Shown here: piece by piece, positions 12,130 to 25,310 of the stretch | How the letters are laid out: the number at the start of each line of letters is the position of its first letter | How positions within the stretch are numbered: the first letter of the stretch is position 1 | Assembly (NCBI RefSeq): GCF_009914755.1 | Contig: NC_060927.1 | Reading direction: 5' to 3' (one strand) | DNA: 64,000 nucleotides | Source: the human T2T-CHM13v2.0 reference genome, Homo sapiens | The notes under the pieces: model-generated | Database searches by the model: none | Told to the model about the DNA's origin: nothing | Seen by the model: the letters and a program-made list of their open reading frames with translations, nothing else | Translations under genes and position numbers: made by a program

Positions 12130-13300
12130 GGAGAGACAGACAATAACCAAACATACCGTGTCATGTCATGTCATGATAAGTACCACAATAAATATAAGTC
12201 AGCATGAGGGACAGAATGCCCAGGATGCTATCTTCAATAGAATGGTTAGAGAAATCTCCCTGGGAGGTAGCATTTAATGAAAGACCTACATGAAGTGAAG
12301 GAGAAGCTATGAGACTGTCTGGAGGAAGAACCTTCTGGACAGAGGGAACAACATGAGAAGAGGACTTGAGACAGAGTGTGTGATCTTTTGGAGGAATGTC
12401 AAGGGAGGCAGTGTGGCTGGGGAGAGTAAGCAGGGGAAAGAGGCCTGATAGGTACTGGGGACCCAATTACATGAGGTCTTGTAAGGCCAGGGGAAGGACT
12501 TTGGATGTAGTTCTCAGTGTGAGGGGAAGGGATCTGGATATATTTTTCAGTTTGGTGGAAGGCATCAGAGGCTTCTGAACAGGAGGATTATGTGATTGGA
12601 GCTGTATTTTTAAGGGATCATTTTGGCTTGAGAAACTAGACCCGGGGACAAGGACGGAGCAGGCAGATGAGTTAGGAGACAATTACATTAGTCTCCTCTA
12701 CCCTTTTCTTAACATATTGGAGTTCAGCTCTGGCTGTAGTAGTTCTAGATCTCCTCAGACACACTTGTGTAGAGCCTCTGTTGGGTATTTTGGGTACACA
12801 AATGATTCATCTTGGTTATACAGATGATTTAGATGATTGTAGACAGAAGAGGGTTGTCTGGTCATTCCCAGACAGGGGAGCATTCCTTGAGATAGAGTAG
12901 AGGAAGGCTGAAGGGGAGGAAGACAGTACCTGTTGCTATCTAGATAGAGACATCCAGCAGGAAGTTGAATACAGGTATCTGAAACTCTAGTGAAAGTTAT
13001 AGGCTGGCAATAAGCACCTGGGAGTTATTAGCTTTTACTTGACAGTTGAATCCGTGGGGCTAGAGGAGAAAAACCAGGAAAGTATGGAGAATAAGAAGAC
13101 CAAGAACATGCACTCAAGGTTACCAAAATTAAAGAGTGATTTGAGAAAATTAACAAGGAAATCAGAGATTGGGAAAGAATAGAGCATTTCAATGAGGAGA
13201 GATGCCAACACTTGCATTTGACACAGCGGTCAAATGAGTTGAGATCTGAAAAGAGCTCAAGCCTTGGCCATGGTGTGAAGTCACCAACAACCTTTGTCAG
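12130..13300. mobile_element. L2 LINE fragments
   Basis: Purine-rich L2 motifs such as ggtcttgtaaggccaggggaaggactttggat and gggatcattttggct. Confidence 0.65.
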
Positions 13301-13669
13301 GGAGTTTCAGTAGAGAGGTGGGGGTGGGAGGCTGGGAATAAAGGCAGCAATTGCTGCTTACTCTTTCAGGGAGTTTGACTCCAAGGGAAAGAGAAACTAA
13401 AAGCAGTAGCACAAGGTTTGTGTTTGAAGTAATGGAGGTGAACCAGGTGAATAGCCTGGAGGCCGAGTGAAGTGAGACAGGACACTGCAGATTTGGAATG
13501 TCACCAGTCCGCACAACTGAATAATTTCCTCCAGAACTGCTCAATTGCCCAGTTGTAAGAACAGATATGTAGACCAAAAGTAGAGTGTCCCCAGGGTAAA
13601 TTTTATAGAGACAAAGGGGTGTGTTTATTGAAGTTGTGGAAAGGAATAATTACAAAGACATACTATTGT

Positions 13670-13880
13670 TGCATTGTCCAATATAATAACCACTAGCCAT
13701 ATGTGACTACTTAAATTTCAATTAATTAAAATTAAATAAGATTAAAAATTCATCTTCTCAGTCATACTAGCTATGTATCAATTGCTCAATAGCCACAGGG
13801 GCTGGTGGCTATCATATTGTTCAGCACAGAGACAGAGCATTTCCATTATCACTAAGAGTTCTTGTGGAAAACACTGCACT
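13670..13880. mobile_element. MER3/MER33-like hAT element
   Basis: tgtccaatataataaccactagccatatgtgactac...gtggctatcatattg. Confidence 0.75.
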
Positions 13881-15477
13881 ACAGGGTCTGGATAAAGCTG
13901 AGGTCTTGATTAAGTTGAACAACAGTTGTAGAAGGAGTAAGCAAGAGCAAAACCTGGATGAATAGGAGGTTGTGGACGGAGATTAGTATATTGAGATTAA
14001 GATTCTAGGGACTGAGCTGCTCCAGGTGAAAAGTTTCAGGGTTATGTCATAAGAAGGTGGGGGGCAGCTGCTGAAATAGTCTGCGGGTGTAGACCTGTGG
14101 AGTTGACAAGATCAAAGAAATTTGAGGCAAGGTTGTTAGACTCATTCATGAAGAAGTCACCCAAATTGTTAGCAAGACCTTGCATCTAATGCCAAAATCC
14201 TCATTTAGCAAGGTGGTAGTGACTTAGTAGCTACAAGCAATGAGAAAGTCAGACACCTCAAAAGGGGAAGGTGTTGCTCAAAGTCCCCACAAAGTGTGAT
14301 AAAACAAACAGTAGCTGGGGCTGGAGCAAGTGGCTTCCTTTGGGTGAAGCCAGATTTCACTGAAATAATAACCTCAGGGAAACAGTCAATGAAGGGGTTA
14401 AAGATGTGGGAGAGTTTCCTTGTAGTAAGTAATGGAATGAGGCTTTCAAAGGGCCAAGTAAAACTTTGGAGGAAGTTTAGTAAAAGAAGGAATTTTTTTT
14501 AGTACAGATAAGCATAGGAACATAAAGAAGAGATAATTCTTAAACATATAAGATATGCATTTGGGGATAGCAGCCAGGGAACACTGAAGTCCCAGTGGGG
14601 TCAGAGACTTCATAAGGCTAGCAAATTACAGTTTTTGAGTGGCATTCCAACAGTAGAGTGTATTGCTCAGGAAGTCCTTAATTATCCTTTGAAACAAATT
14701 CCTTCAGCTGATTACGAAGGCATCTAGCTGGATTCTTGAGCGACTTGTTCCTGACATCATAGCAACCCATTGTAACTAGACTTCGACCATTCCTCTTACC
14801 CAAGTGCTGGGGAAGGGAGAGATTCTCAATGCTTACCCACCTATGGAATCCCAGTAAGTCCAGTTGCTAGGTGGCTTGAGGTCTGGGGTCATAAAATGGA
14901 AGGCCTGAAGTCATTTGGTGATCACAGACCTTGAGCCAAACTTTCCCCATTTAGTCAGAGAAAGGATTAGCAGCATCCCCCATGCCTGGCTCTGTGTGAG
15001 ATCATGGAAGCCAGTGGTTGGTGAGGTGCTATGGAGTATAAATTGCAAAATACTTTCAGTTCCACTCAGAATGGATTTCAAAGTGATTTCCACCCCATGG
15101 GGAGGAGAGGGAGTCTGAGGAGGGATGGATGGAAAAAAAATTTTCATGTCATTTTCTGTGATCCACTCTGGAGACAGAGGCAGAGATTCTCTACAACAGC
15201 TGCTCAAACTATAGCTCTTGTTAAAATGGAGGTTCTGAATCAGTAAGTCTTGGGTGGGGCCAGAGATTCCGTGTTTCAGACCAGCCCACATGTGACGTGA
15301 ATCTCATTGGTCCATACATCACACTTTCAGTTGCTAGGTGAAGAAGGGAGCACTCGATGAGTGGAAGAGAAAGCCGTTGTAATCTTTGGGAGAAGGGGCC
15401 TGGGTCAGCGGAGTTAGACTGGTCTGTGAGTGGACAGAATGGATGGGAAGGAAAGAAGATACTGTGAGGCTCTACAG

Positions 15478-15508
<31 letters not shown>

Positions 15509-16370
15509 TGTAAATCAAGAAGACAGAAGCAGCTAAAGACGAAGTCATTTCCAGGTCCAGAAGGCACAACTGACAGCTGAGTAATAACATAACATTGACT
15601 GTTAATTGGCAGAATTTTTAACTGTGTGTTTGGTTTCTCCATCAGGTCATCTGTCCTATATTACATGACAATTTAGACTAAAACCAGTATTTCCTCAGAG
15701 ACAATGCTAGAAGCTTTTACAGTAGGGGGCACTCTTGCATTACATTAAGAGCTCAGCAAAGAAGATGCAGAAGCCTCAGGTTTGCCTTGTAAGGTGATTC
15801 ATAAACACACTAAATCTTCCTTAGGTCTCCCTTTCACTGTCAGGGTACGCATATAGATTTTCCTTCCTCCCTCCAATACCGGTACGCATCCTCTACAGGT
15901 GGTGCATTTTATACCTCAAGTACTTCACAGGGTCCTAGTGAGTGTAGTGAAATAGGCAGTGATTCATATTTGTGCAAACTCCCACTGATGCCTGCTGTCT
16001 GCTTCCCTAAGAGTTCAAGACCACCACCAACCCCTTGATTATGTGTTCTCACTGGGCCACTCTGTACACAGTTTAGTTTGACAAGTGCATGTCACTGTTA
16101 TCTGTCCTTCTATTCCCTCTTTCAAGAGAAACCACATCAATTTAATTACTCCCCCACTTAGAACTCTTCAAATGAAGCTCCTCTCATCTCTCTCATCAAC
16201 CCATCTCCTCCCTTTCCTCCTCAATGTCAACATGCCTTCACATAAATCCTGAATGATGAAATTGTATTTAGAACTTACACTAACTTCCTCTCCAAGGTGG
16301 CATCTAACTTCATATTAAGTAAGAAACAGCCTTCCCACTCTCCACCCCCGCACTTCTCACCCACCACTGC

Positions 16371-16401
<31 letters not shown>

Positions 16402-17479
16402 GCCAAGTCTCAAGTAATTCTGTAACCTAGAAAAGGTCCTACACAAACCCCGTGATCATTCACATTTAAGTAGTTGGGTGGCCCACATCCTTCCCACAAA
16501 CCCCAAAGTGTCCTCAAGGACTAAAGCCTTTCTCTCAACCCTTCCAGCATGATGTCTATGGTTGTAAAATTGTCCAGGGTCAGTGCATACTGGGAGCAGC
16601 AAGTTTGTGGTGCCTGGGGTTTCCCCAATACTCCCAAAGCACATCCTCACCTGCCCATCTATGATTCATTTTCAGCATTTCACTCATGTGCCTTAAATGG
16701 TCATTGACCACCACAATCCGAAAACAGCCATCAAATTTGCCCAGTTCTCTTTCTGATCTCTGAAAGAGCTTAGAGAGGTCACTGAAAATAAAGGCCTTGG
16801 TTCACTATCGAAGTCATTTCTAAAGCATTTGACATCCTTGGAAGTGCTGGCCATGGGAGCAGCAGTCATAGGGGAAGTTCTGTAAAGGGAGCTATTTGAA
16901 TTTCAAAGATGTTACTCAACGTGATTCCCCAACTAATGAAGTATAATAAAGGGGGGCTATAATTTATTACCATTATCAGCAATCTTTTCACCATAGCAGA
17001 CCAAGGAATATGTGGATGGGAGGGGAGGGGAAAGCTTTTGGTGATGGTGTAGAAGTTATGGAACCTGTAACAGCTACAGTGATGAAAACTAAAATTAAGG
17101 TTATAGGAAGGTAACTGGTGGGTGAATGGGTTGTCTAACTCTACTGGTTTTTCCCTGTCTTGCAATTTAAATTCACAGAACCACAGTACTAGAAAGACCC
17201 TTGGAACATTTAGTCAACCACTTCATTAATCAGATGAGGAAACTGAGGCTCATAAAGATTGCAGTTTGTACAAGGCCACACATTTAGTCAGCGGTGAAGC
17301 AAGGACAAAGGTCCTAATCTCCAGATGCCAAGCAGATGTGCACAGTTCCAGAGCTTAATATCTTATTCTTCAGCATGATTACTGATAAGATAGTATCTGG
17401 GTATTGTATAAAGAGAAATGGAGGTTTTTTCCCCTTTCCTCTTGTTTCTCCCTCCCTAATCCTTAACCTTCTTTTTTAG

Positions 17480-17815
17480 GTGCTGCTCCTCTGAAGATTC
17501 AAGCTTATTTCAATGAGACTGCAGACCTGCCATGCCAATTTGCAAACTCTCAAAACCAAAGCCTGAGTGAGCTAGTAGTATTTTGGCAGGACCAGGAAAA
17601 CTTGGTTCTGAATGAGGTATACTTAGGCAAAGAGAAATTTGACAGTGTTCATTCCAAGTATATGGGCCGCACAAGTTTTGATTCGGACAGTTGGACCCTG
17701 AGACTTCACAATCTTCAGATCAAGGACAAGGGCTTGTATCAATGTATCATCCATCACAAAAAGCCCACAGGAATGATTCGCATCCACCAGATGAATTCTG
17801 AACTGTCAGTGCTTG
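17480..17815 (+). CDS. CD86: CD86 IgV domain exon (336 nt, phase 1-1)
   Basis: ttttttAG acceptor, GTATGT donor. Encodes AAPLKIQAYFNETADLPCQF...KGLYQCIIHHKKPTGMIRIHQMNSELSVL; overlaps ORF 17602..17862. Confidence 0.99.
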
Positions 17816-18449
17816 GTATGTGGTCAATGGTGTGTGTTCAGATTCTTAGCCTTCTCAGATGAGACTGCAAATGAGTTAGAAAAACACTGGAGGGGGACTT
17901 GAGGGGCCCAGGGGAAAAGGGGGGTCTATAGAGAGAAGGCAGAGGACAGCCACTTCTGGGAAGTGCATTTGAAGGGAGTGTAGAGTCTGGGAGTAGGGAA
18001 CTGAAAGTCTTTTGTACTTTTTATAGTCTGCTTCTGAAGGATCAGTAAAAATCTGCTTTGGGGAAAAAATAGAGCTAATTGAACAAAGATAATATGGCTA
18101 ATTACCTATAGTAAAAACCATGGATAATTTGGCCATCACAAAGTTTATATAACCATAAAGGCCTCAGATGTCTTACATTCATTTTTTCCTTGGGTCCAAG
18201 ATTTTTCACCTACTAAATCTTTGCCTGGAGCTCCTAGCAAAGCGGACAGCTGACACATTTGGGTTTTCCCTTCAGCCTCCTCTAGGTTGCTTATGAGTTG
18301 TTTGCTGCCACAACCATGAGCCTGGTAGACAGAAGGGAAAAAAACCCAACAAACATAACCCACAAACTTACAAACCAGCTCCTCTGCTTCACGAGACCTT
18401 GGAAGGCCTAAATGCCACTACAGATTTTTTTAAAACTATCACACAGTAA

Positions 18450-18930
18450 AATTATTTTTTTTTGTTTTGATATACTGTTCTACTGATTGTATAGAACTTG
18501 TATAGATTTAGGTAACCGCCACAGGACATAGAGCATTTCTATCACCCTAAAAATTTCCCTCAGGCTGTCCCTTCATAGAGTCATACCCTGTCTGCACTCA
18601 TAACCCTTGTTGGGCATCCTATAGTTTTGTCTTTTTGACAGTGTCACATAAGTGAAGCCACACAGTATGTAACCTTTTAAGCCTGGCTTCTTTCGTTTAG
18701 CGCGCCTTCGAGATTCACCCAAGTTGTTGCACATATCGAGCTTGTCCCTTTTTATTGCTGAGTAGCATTTTATTGTTTATCCATTCAACTCAGTAAAAGA
18801 CATTGGGTTGTTTCTGGTTTGGGGCTCTTATGAATAAGGCTGCTGTAAACGTTCATGTACAGGTTTTTGTGTGAACATAAGTTCTCAGTTCTCTAGAGGA
18901 AATACCCAGGTGTGGTATTACTGGATCCAG
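18450..18930 (-). mobile_element. Old L1M 3' fragment
   Basis: tttattgctgagtagcatt...gctgctgtaaacgttcatgtacaggtttttgtgtgaacata. Confidence 0.8.
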
Positions 18931-20165
18931 GTTAATTTTTGATGAAACTTGAAAAGGCAGATCAACACCTATTCTAAAACCATAGAGTAAAACAGAAGCA
19001 AAAGTAAAAATAGAATGGAGAGCTGCTCCCTTTGAACCCTGTGTGATTTAAACTAGGCTGCAGGGCTTTAGGAATAGTTAACCAAGTGCTAAATCCGTGT
19101 TTTCAAAATGTGGTCAGGTACCATTGGAAATGTTTTAGGTGGGACACAGATAAGCATTTTGAAAAGCCATGTTGTATTTGTTTTAATGTATATTAGAAAA
19201 ACTCTAACTTACGCAACATGTGATTTCACAGATCTTGTTAATGAAGCTAAACACGGTCTGGCAATTCACCTTCTACAGGCCACATAGAGTCCAAGAAGAG
19301 TGCTCAAATAGTACACTGATATAGCAAAACTTATAAAGATGACATGCAAATGACAGACCTTTTAGTAAGAATACACTAAATTATAAATTAGTTTGTAGAA
19401 CCTGCAAACTACCTAGTAACTATAAAAGAACAAGGGATTTTTTCTGACAGAAGGCACATGACACAGGTCTAGGGACTCCATGCCAGTGATCCTGAACAGC
19501 CAGAAAAGTGAGAATGGCAAAGGCAAGAGAAACACTGTGTTTATTAAGATCATGTATTTTTCCCTAAAATAGCTGGATTTGGCCTTCTTCTTAGAGTATG
19601 TTATGAAGACACTTTGATGCTCATGCCAAAAATCAGTGTTCTGAATTTCGAATTCCAAAATATCCACCCACTCACTTACCACAATCCTGCTTGGGTTTCT
19701 GAAAGATATGACGCAGGGCATCTCAGCACCATGAACTCTGTCAGTTCCTGGTGAGACTCCAGCTCAATTCCTTCCTGCTCTCTTAGTCTGGGGAGCTGGA
19801 ATGTGCCCCATGGGACACCTGGGCCCTAGAGTCAGACCACTTCTCCTTCCAAAGACTCTACTCCCTGGAAACAGTGGCTTCATTGTAAATCTTTGGTGAC
19901 TCAATTACAGCCCTCCTGTCACTTAGAGAGCACCCCTTTGATTTGGATAAGCAGGAAGTAAGCATGGCTGCAAACTCTATTGTTGAAAAATAAACATGAA
20001 GTCATTATGTGGCACTCACCTTGGGCTGAGGGTCACATTTTAGACACCCTGAGGCTCCCAGGTGTGCCCCAATGAGCCCCAGATCAAGTACCCAGTTATT
20101 TGCTATTCCCTCCTAGATACATCTAAACTTAGATTGATTTTTTTTTATCTCTCTTCTGCTTTCAG

Positions 20166-20468
20166 CTAACTTCAGTCAACCTGAAATAGTACCAATTTCT
20201 AATATAACAGAAAATGTGTACATAAATTTGACCTGCTCATCTATACACGGTTACCCAGAACCTAAGAAGATGAGTGTTTTGCTAAGAACCAAGAATTCAA
20301 CTATCGAGTATGATGGTATTATGCAGAAATCTCAAGATAATGTCACAGAACTGTACGACGTTTCCATCAGCTTGTCTGTTTCATTCCCTGATGTTACGAG
20401 CAATATGACCATCTTCTGTATTCTGGAAACTGACAAGACGCGGCTTTTATCTTCACCTTTCTCTATAG
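20166..20468 (+). CDS. CD86: CD86 IgC domain exon (303 nt, phase 1-1)
   Basis: tttcAG acceptor, GTAAAG donor. Encodes NFSQPEIVPISNITENVYINLTCSSIHGYPEPKK...TRLLSSPFSI; overlaps ORF 20216..20524. Confidence 0.99.
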
Positions 20469-20807
20469 GTAAAGCTGTTTTCCAAGACTATTTCTTTCAG
20501 CAGGTATTATACACAAATGCTTAAGGCAGATCATCCAATGTCCCCGACTTGCTAGGAAACCTCCAACTGGGCCATTTTATGACGCTGTTAGGAAGGACCC
20601 AGATGGAGGTCTCCTGCTTCTCCTGAGTGATGCAGGGTCCAGGAGGCTACGAGCCTATGTTGCACTTGAAGAAATATGCTTTTAGCCCTGAAACTGACTC
20701 AGTCTCTTGGTTTACCTTTGGATGGAGGATTCTGAAGTTTTGATTTAAAAATACAGGATTCCTCCAGGCTAGAATTCTTTCTTTGATTACAACACATACA
20801 TGCGCTT

Positions 20808-20808
<1 letters not shown>

Positions 20809-20852
<44 letters not shown>
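20809..20852. repeat. (CA)22 microsatellite in the IgC-TM intron
   Basis: Uninterrupted run, counted directly. Confidence 0.97.
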
Positions 20853-20854
<2 letters not shown>

Positions 20855-23246
20855 ATGCATACATGCAGACATACAAATGATATTTATTGTGAGTATAGAA
20901 CCATTTGGGACATTATTGGTCACAGGAGTGAAAACAAAAAGATATGACACCCCCTCTGCCCTTGAGGACCTTCCAATAGAATCAGAACCCTGTAATGTGC
21001 ACACATGAAAAACTGGATTTTTAAAAGGTTGAATTGGAATCTAAATTTTATTCCATGGAAATATCTGACTAAATTTAAAATAAAAGTGACTGGTAATGAG
21101 ATTTATGGGCATTCAGAGGTAGGCAAGATCCCTGAGGGTCAGGGAATGGTTCCTAAAGGAAGGGGTACCTTGTAACATGTAAAATAAATTATTGGGGTTA
21201 ATAAATGTGGTGAGGAGGGGAGGGCATTCTGGATGACAGGTTCCCAAAACTGTGGTGACTTCCGTAGCTGAAAAAATTTGAGACAGTATCTGGGCTAAGC
21301 AGGTGAGAGGACCACAGTGGATCAGCTGTATCTGACGTAAGTGCAGGAGGTATGTCAAAGAAAGCCTTGGAGGCAGAAATGCTTGTGTGTTCACAAGTAT
21401 TCTTCAGGGACAAGTTCAGTGGAGGAAAGGATTGAAACTAAGCAGTAGCCACTAATAGGAGCCTGACATTTTAAAGTCCTGGCTTTACCCAGGAGGGCAT
21501 GTGTCTATATTTGACTCCTCTTTTAAGAAGCTGTAACTGCAAGATTCCCTCCTGGAATAAAGGTGGTCTGCATCTACCCTGTCCCATCACTGCCTGTGCT
21601 GACCTTGACACCCACATCTGCCTTCTTCTTACCTTGACCCCTTCTCCAGCGATGATTTCTTGGCTTGCCCCCTCCAGTGACATCCATCCAACTCCTTGCT
21701 CCATACCCTGGCTTTGTCACCTCCTTTCTCCCAGTGTCTTGTTGTTCAGATATAACTTGGTCTGTGAACAGCCCACGGGGCCAGTCCCCATGAACCAACT
21801 TTACAACTGGGCCAATCTCATCTCCTGCTACTGACTTCTTCCTATTCAGACACTTCAGCCTCTGAGAATCCAGTAAATGGTGGAGCCAACTCGTCCTGTC
21901 CCAGTTGCTTCTCCTGTATCCTCTCTTGGCCAGATAGAAGCCTCTCCAAGCTATGCCTGAAGTTCAGTACCTCCTTCAATGTGTAATTAGTTTGATTGGT
22001 GGCCACAAGATGGCCATATATGACATGCCCCAGGGCCCTCTGTTACGGCTCCCATAGTCTACAAATTAACAGGGGCTTGCCACCACTATAACCTCATCAT
22101 GGCTCACCTTCCTGCTGCTTCTCAACTACTGTTCTGCCAAACTTCAACAGGTACCCCCATCTTCAGAAATGTTTCAGCTCTAGCTGCCTCAGGAAGATGG
22201 GGCTTGCCTCTCTGGGTTTCCCATTCTATCGCTTGATCAGAGATAGGTTAGACCCTGAGTCAAGGGGCCTTTTTTGCATGTTAAAAGGTAGCAGCCTCCA
22301 CGTTAGTAAGTATAACCCCTAACCCCCTTTACTGGGAGTGCCAAACTGGCTCAAGTGGAATAGACTGGGACAGACTCAAAAGGGATTAAATATGGCCTGC
22401 AATGCCAACAACTTCTTAACATCCCAGAAACAGGGCATGTGTCTACAAATTATAGCTAAGCTAATAGATCAGCTGGTCCTAATTTTCCTGAAATTTGGGA
22501 TTAGCTACCAGAACTGTTCCCAAAAATGTCTTTAAAGTGGGCGACTCCGTTCTAAGTTTTCCCCACAAAGCCTGTTTTCCAACTCCCCAGAAACTTAGGA
22601 GTTCTCATGTAAGGAAGTAGTTCCTGAAGGCGTGAAGGTTCCTCAAGGCATGAAGAAACATCAAAGGTTTTTCAGTAGATGAGATATGCTGAAAGCCATG
22701 CAGAGGAAACCTGCTGTGACCTCAGTAGGAAAAAACTAAACAAACAAGCAAATGAAAACTAGAGGTAGGGGCCTGTGGAAGCTGTTCCATTTGTCCAAGT
22801 GAGAGGTGTCTGGAGATTATAGTGGACAGAAGAATCATCACGAGAGGAACTTCAGGGCTTGGGAACTGACTGCAGAGGGGGGCAGGATAGCAGGCACGGC
22901 ACAAATGACTGCACGTGCAGAGCCTCAGCACAGACACCTCACCCAGATTCCAGAATCACGGGCCAGGCTGACCCTCTTCTTCCTGATCATGGTCGGTGTT
23001 ATCCCCACCTCCATGAAGGCATGGCAGCTCAGTCCAGGCATTTGGCCAGAGGCATGGGCTCGATTCTTAGGTCGCTGCTGAGGCCCTGAGCCTGGGACTT
23101 TCTATGGCCTCCTATTGTGGATTTCAGGCTTCTCTGGCCTTAGAGCCCTGGGGAGAGGCTGGCAGGTAAATAAAGAGAAGAGCAGCTAGCAGAAACCTTT
23201 TGTAAATGACTCTCCTGGCTGATTGAAAATTTGTGGTCATTTGTAG

Positions 23247-23390
23247 AGCTTGAGGACCCTCAGCCTCCCCCAGACCACATTCCTTGGATTACAGCTGTAC
23301 TTCCAACAGTTATTATATGTGTGATGGTTTTCTGTCTAATTCTATGGAAATGGAAGAAGAAGAAGCGGCCTCGCAACTCTTATAAATGTG
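23247..23390 (+). CDS. CD86: CD86 transmembrane exon (144 nt, phase 1-1)
   Basis: ttgtAG acceptor, GTGAGT donor. Encodes LEDPQPPPDHIPWITAVLPTVIICVMVFCLILWKWKKKKRPRNSYKC: hydrophobic helix plus polybasic stop-transfer segment. Confidence 0.99.
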
Positions 23391-25310
23391 GTGAGTGAGT
23401 CCTTGTCCTCCCCACAGACTGTCACTTTGCACCTACTTCCCAATCGGCTGGCTGCCTTCCGGAGCTTGTTGGCTGAGCCTAGACTGGCAAAAAGTCAGGA
23501 AGTTGTTGGGAAAAAAGGTTTTCCCTTGGAGTTTTGAGCCTATACAGACTGGCAGTAGCAGATAATGCTGCTCTTGGACTTCAAAGAAAGGCGACATTTC
23601 TAACCTCTGGTTTACAAATGTACTTCTGGTTTCCAGGGAAAACTGATTATTACTTGCTTTATCTACCTCACTTCATGAGGTTACTGTGACATATACATAA
23701 AGTAAAATGGTGAAACCACTCCTAAATGTTAAAGATTGTGGACCTGGTGGTGTTTAAGCAGGGATATTTGCTAAATGACCACAAGAATCAGCTTCTCGTC
23801 TCTAAAAAAATCTAGGTTTCTTATGAAATAAGTTAGATGAATTATTGCCCATTGACTTATAACAAACAATATTAACTTTAACTAATTTCTAAGTAATACA
23901 TATCCATTATCATATATACCAAAAATAAAATCATCTATAACTCCACTAATAAGAAAAAATGATTACACAAACATTTTTGGTGCCTATCTTTAAGATTTTT
24001 CTGTGTATCAATCTATGTTGTTTTCCATAATTAGGATTATCATAAGGGTTATTTTTCACAATTTGGATAATATATGTACTGTGTTCTAATTTTGTTATAC
24101 TAAATGTAGCAAGACAATTTTCAATGTCATAAATATCATTCTACAGCATCATTTTAAATGGCTGCAAGATATTCCCTTTTGTGGATACACCATAATTTAT
24201 TTATTTAACCAACCTCATTTTTTGGACACTTGAGTTAGTCCAATAGTTTTGTTATTATAAACACCCTCCCCACTGACTTCTGTTATAAAAATGTTTCATG
24301 GGGACAAAGTGGTCCCTAACTTTATAATAATGCCATGCCTTTTTGTAGTTTGGTCTGGTTCTAAGCTAAGATTGGACTTTATCTCAGTAATTGCCTCCAG
24401 TAGTAATTAGTTTGATTGGTGCTAATAATTAAGGTAACCTTCTAACTCACTTATGGTAGAAAGCACAAGATGAGTATTGCCTCTGGCCAGCATCTTGTTT
24501 TTCAGTATACTGATTTTAAAATCTAACTAGAAAATAGATGGATGACATTAGCAGTCATTCAATGCATCCTGCTGTACTTTAAAAATAAGAAATTGGGGAG
24601 CAACGATCGAATTTAAATAAATTAACACAAAGCATGTGGCAGAGCCATTCAAACTGCCAATGTATGGAGTGTGCTGCGAGATTTCTATGATATAAAAGTA
24701 TAAAATTCCTAGCACAGATGTAAAGACATATCATGCTTGTCCAGGCTTTGACTTTTCAAGGTGAGAGTTTTGAGCTTCACTTTCTTTCAACCTCATTGCC
24801 ATTTAAAATTAGTCAAATATGAAGAAGTGACTTACATCTTGGGAATAAGCTGTTTGCTAGATTTTTCTTCACATTAGAATGATCAGCTTACAAATGAAAC
24901 AAAGAAGGGTTGGAGAAAAAGATTAAGGATGTTTCTTCCTCCATGAGGCAATCAGAAAAAAATCAGGAGACTAGATAGGGGAGATAAAGAGGATATGTGT
25001 GTTCACATGAGAGAAGTTAGAAGGTGGTTAAATAAGCTCTGTAGGTACAGATGAGATGGTCAGATTGGGCTGAGTGGCACATACATGACCCCTAAGAATG
25101 TAATGAAGAATATTGGTAAGAAAAAGTTATTTATTCAGACAGTCATCCATGCCACTGAGTTTGATCAAAGAGAGAAGCCTTGCTATCACTGTAGGGAGGG
25201 AGGTGCAACAGGTATAACTATGCCATTATAGATATGATATATTTGTAAATTTGGATTCTGTAACTTCAGCAATATCTGCCATTGCTTTGTGGGTACTCCT
25301 GGCATTGGCT

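Noticed and set aside
15290-15312. CRE-like TGACGTGA next to ATTGG, resembling an MHC-II X2-Y module
   Set aside because: Spacing is too short, no X1 box is visible, and it lies in a MER5-like remnant.
20647-21004. ORFs with VCVCVC runs
   Set aside because: Translation of the (CA)22 microsatellite.
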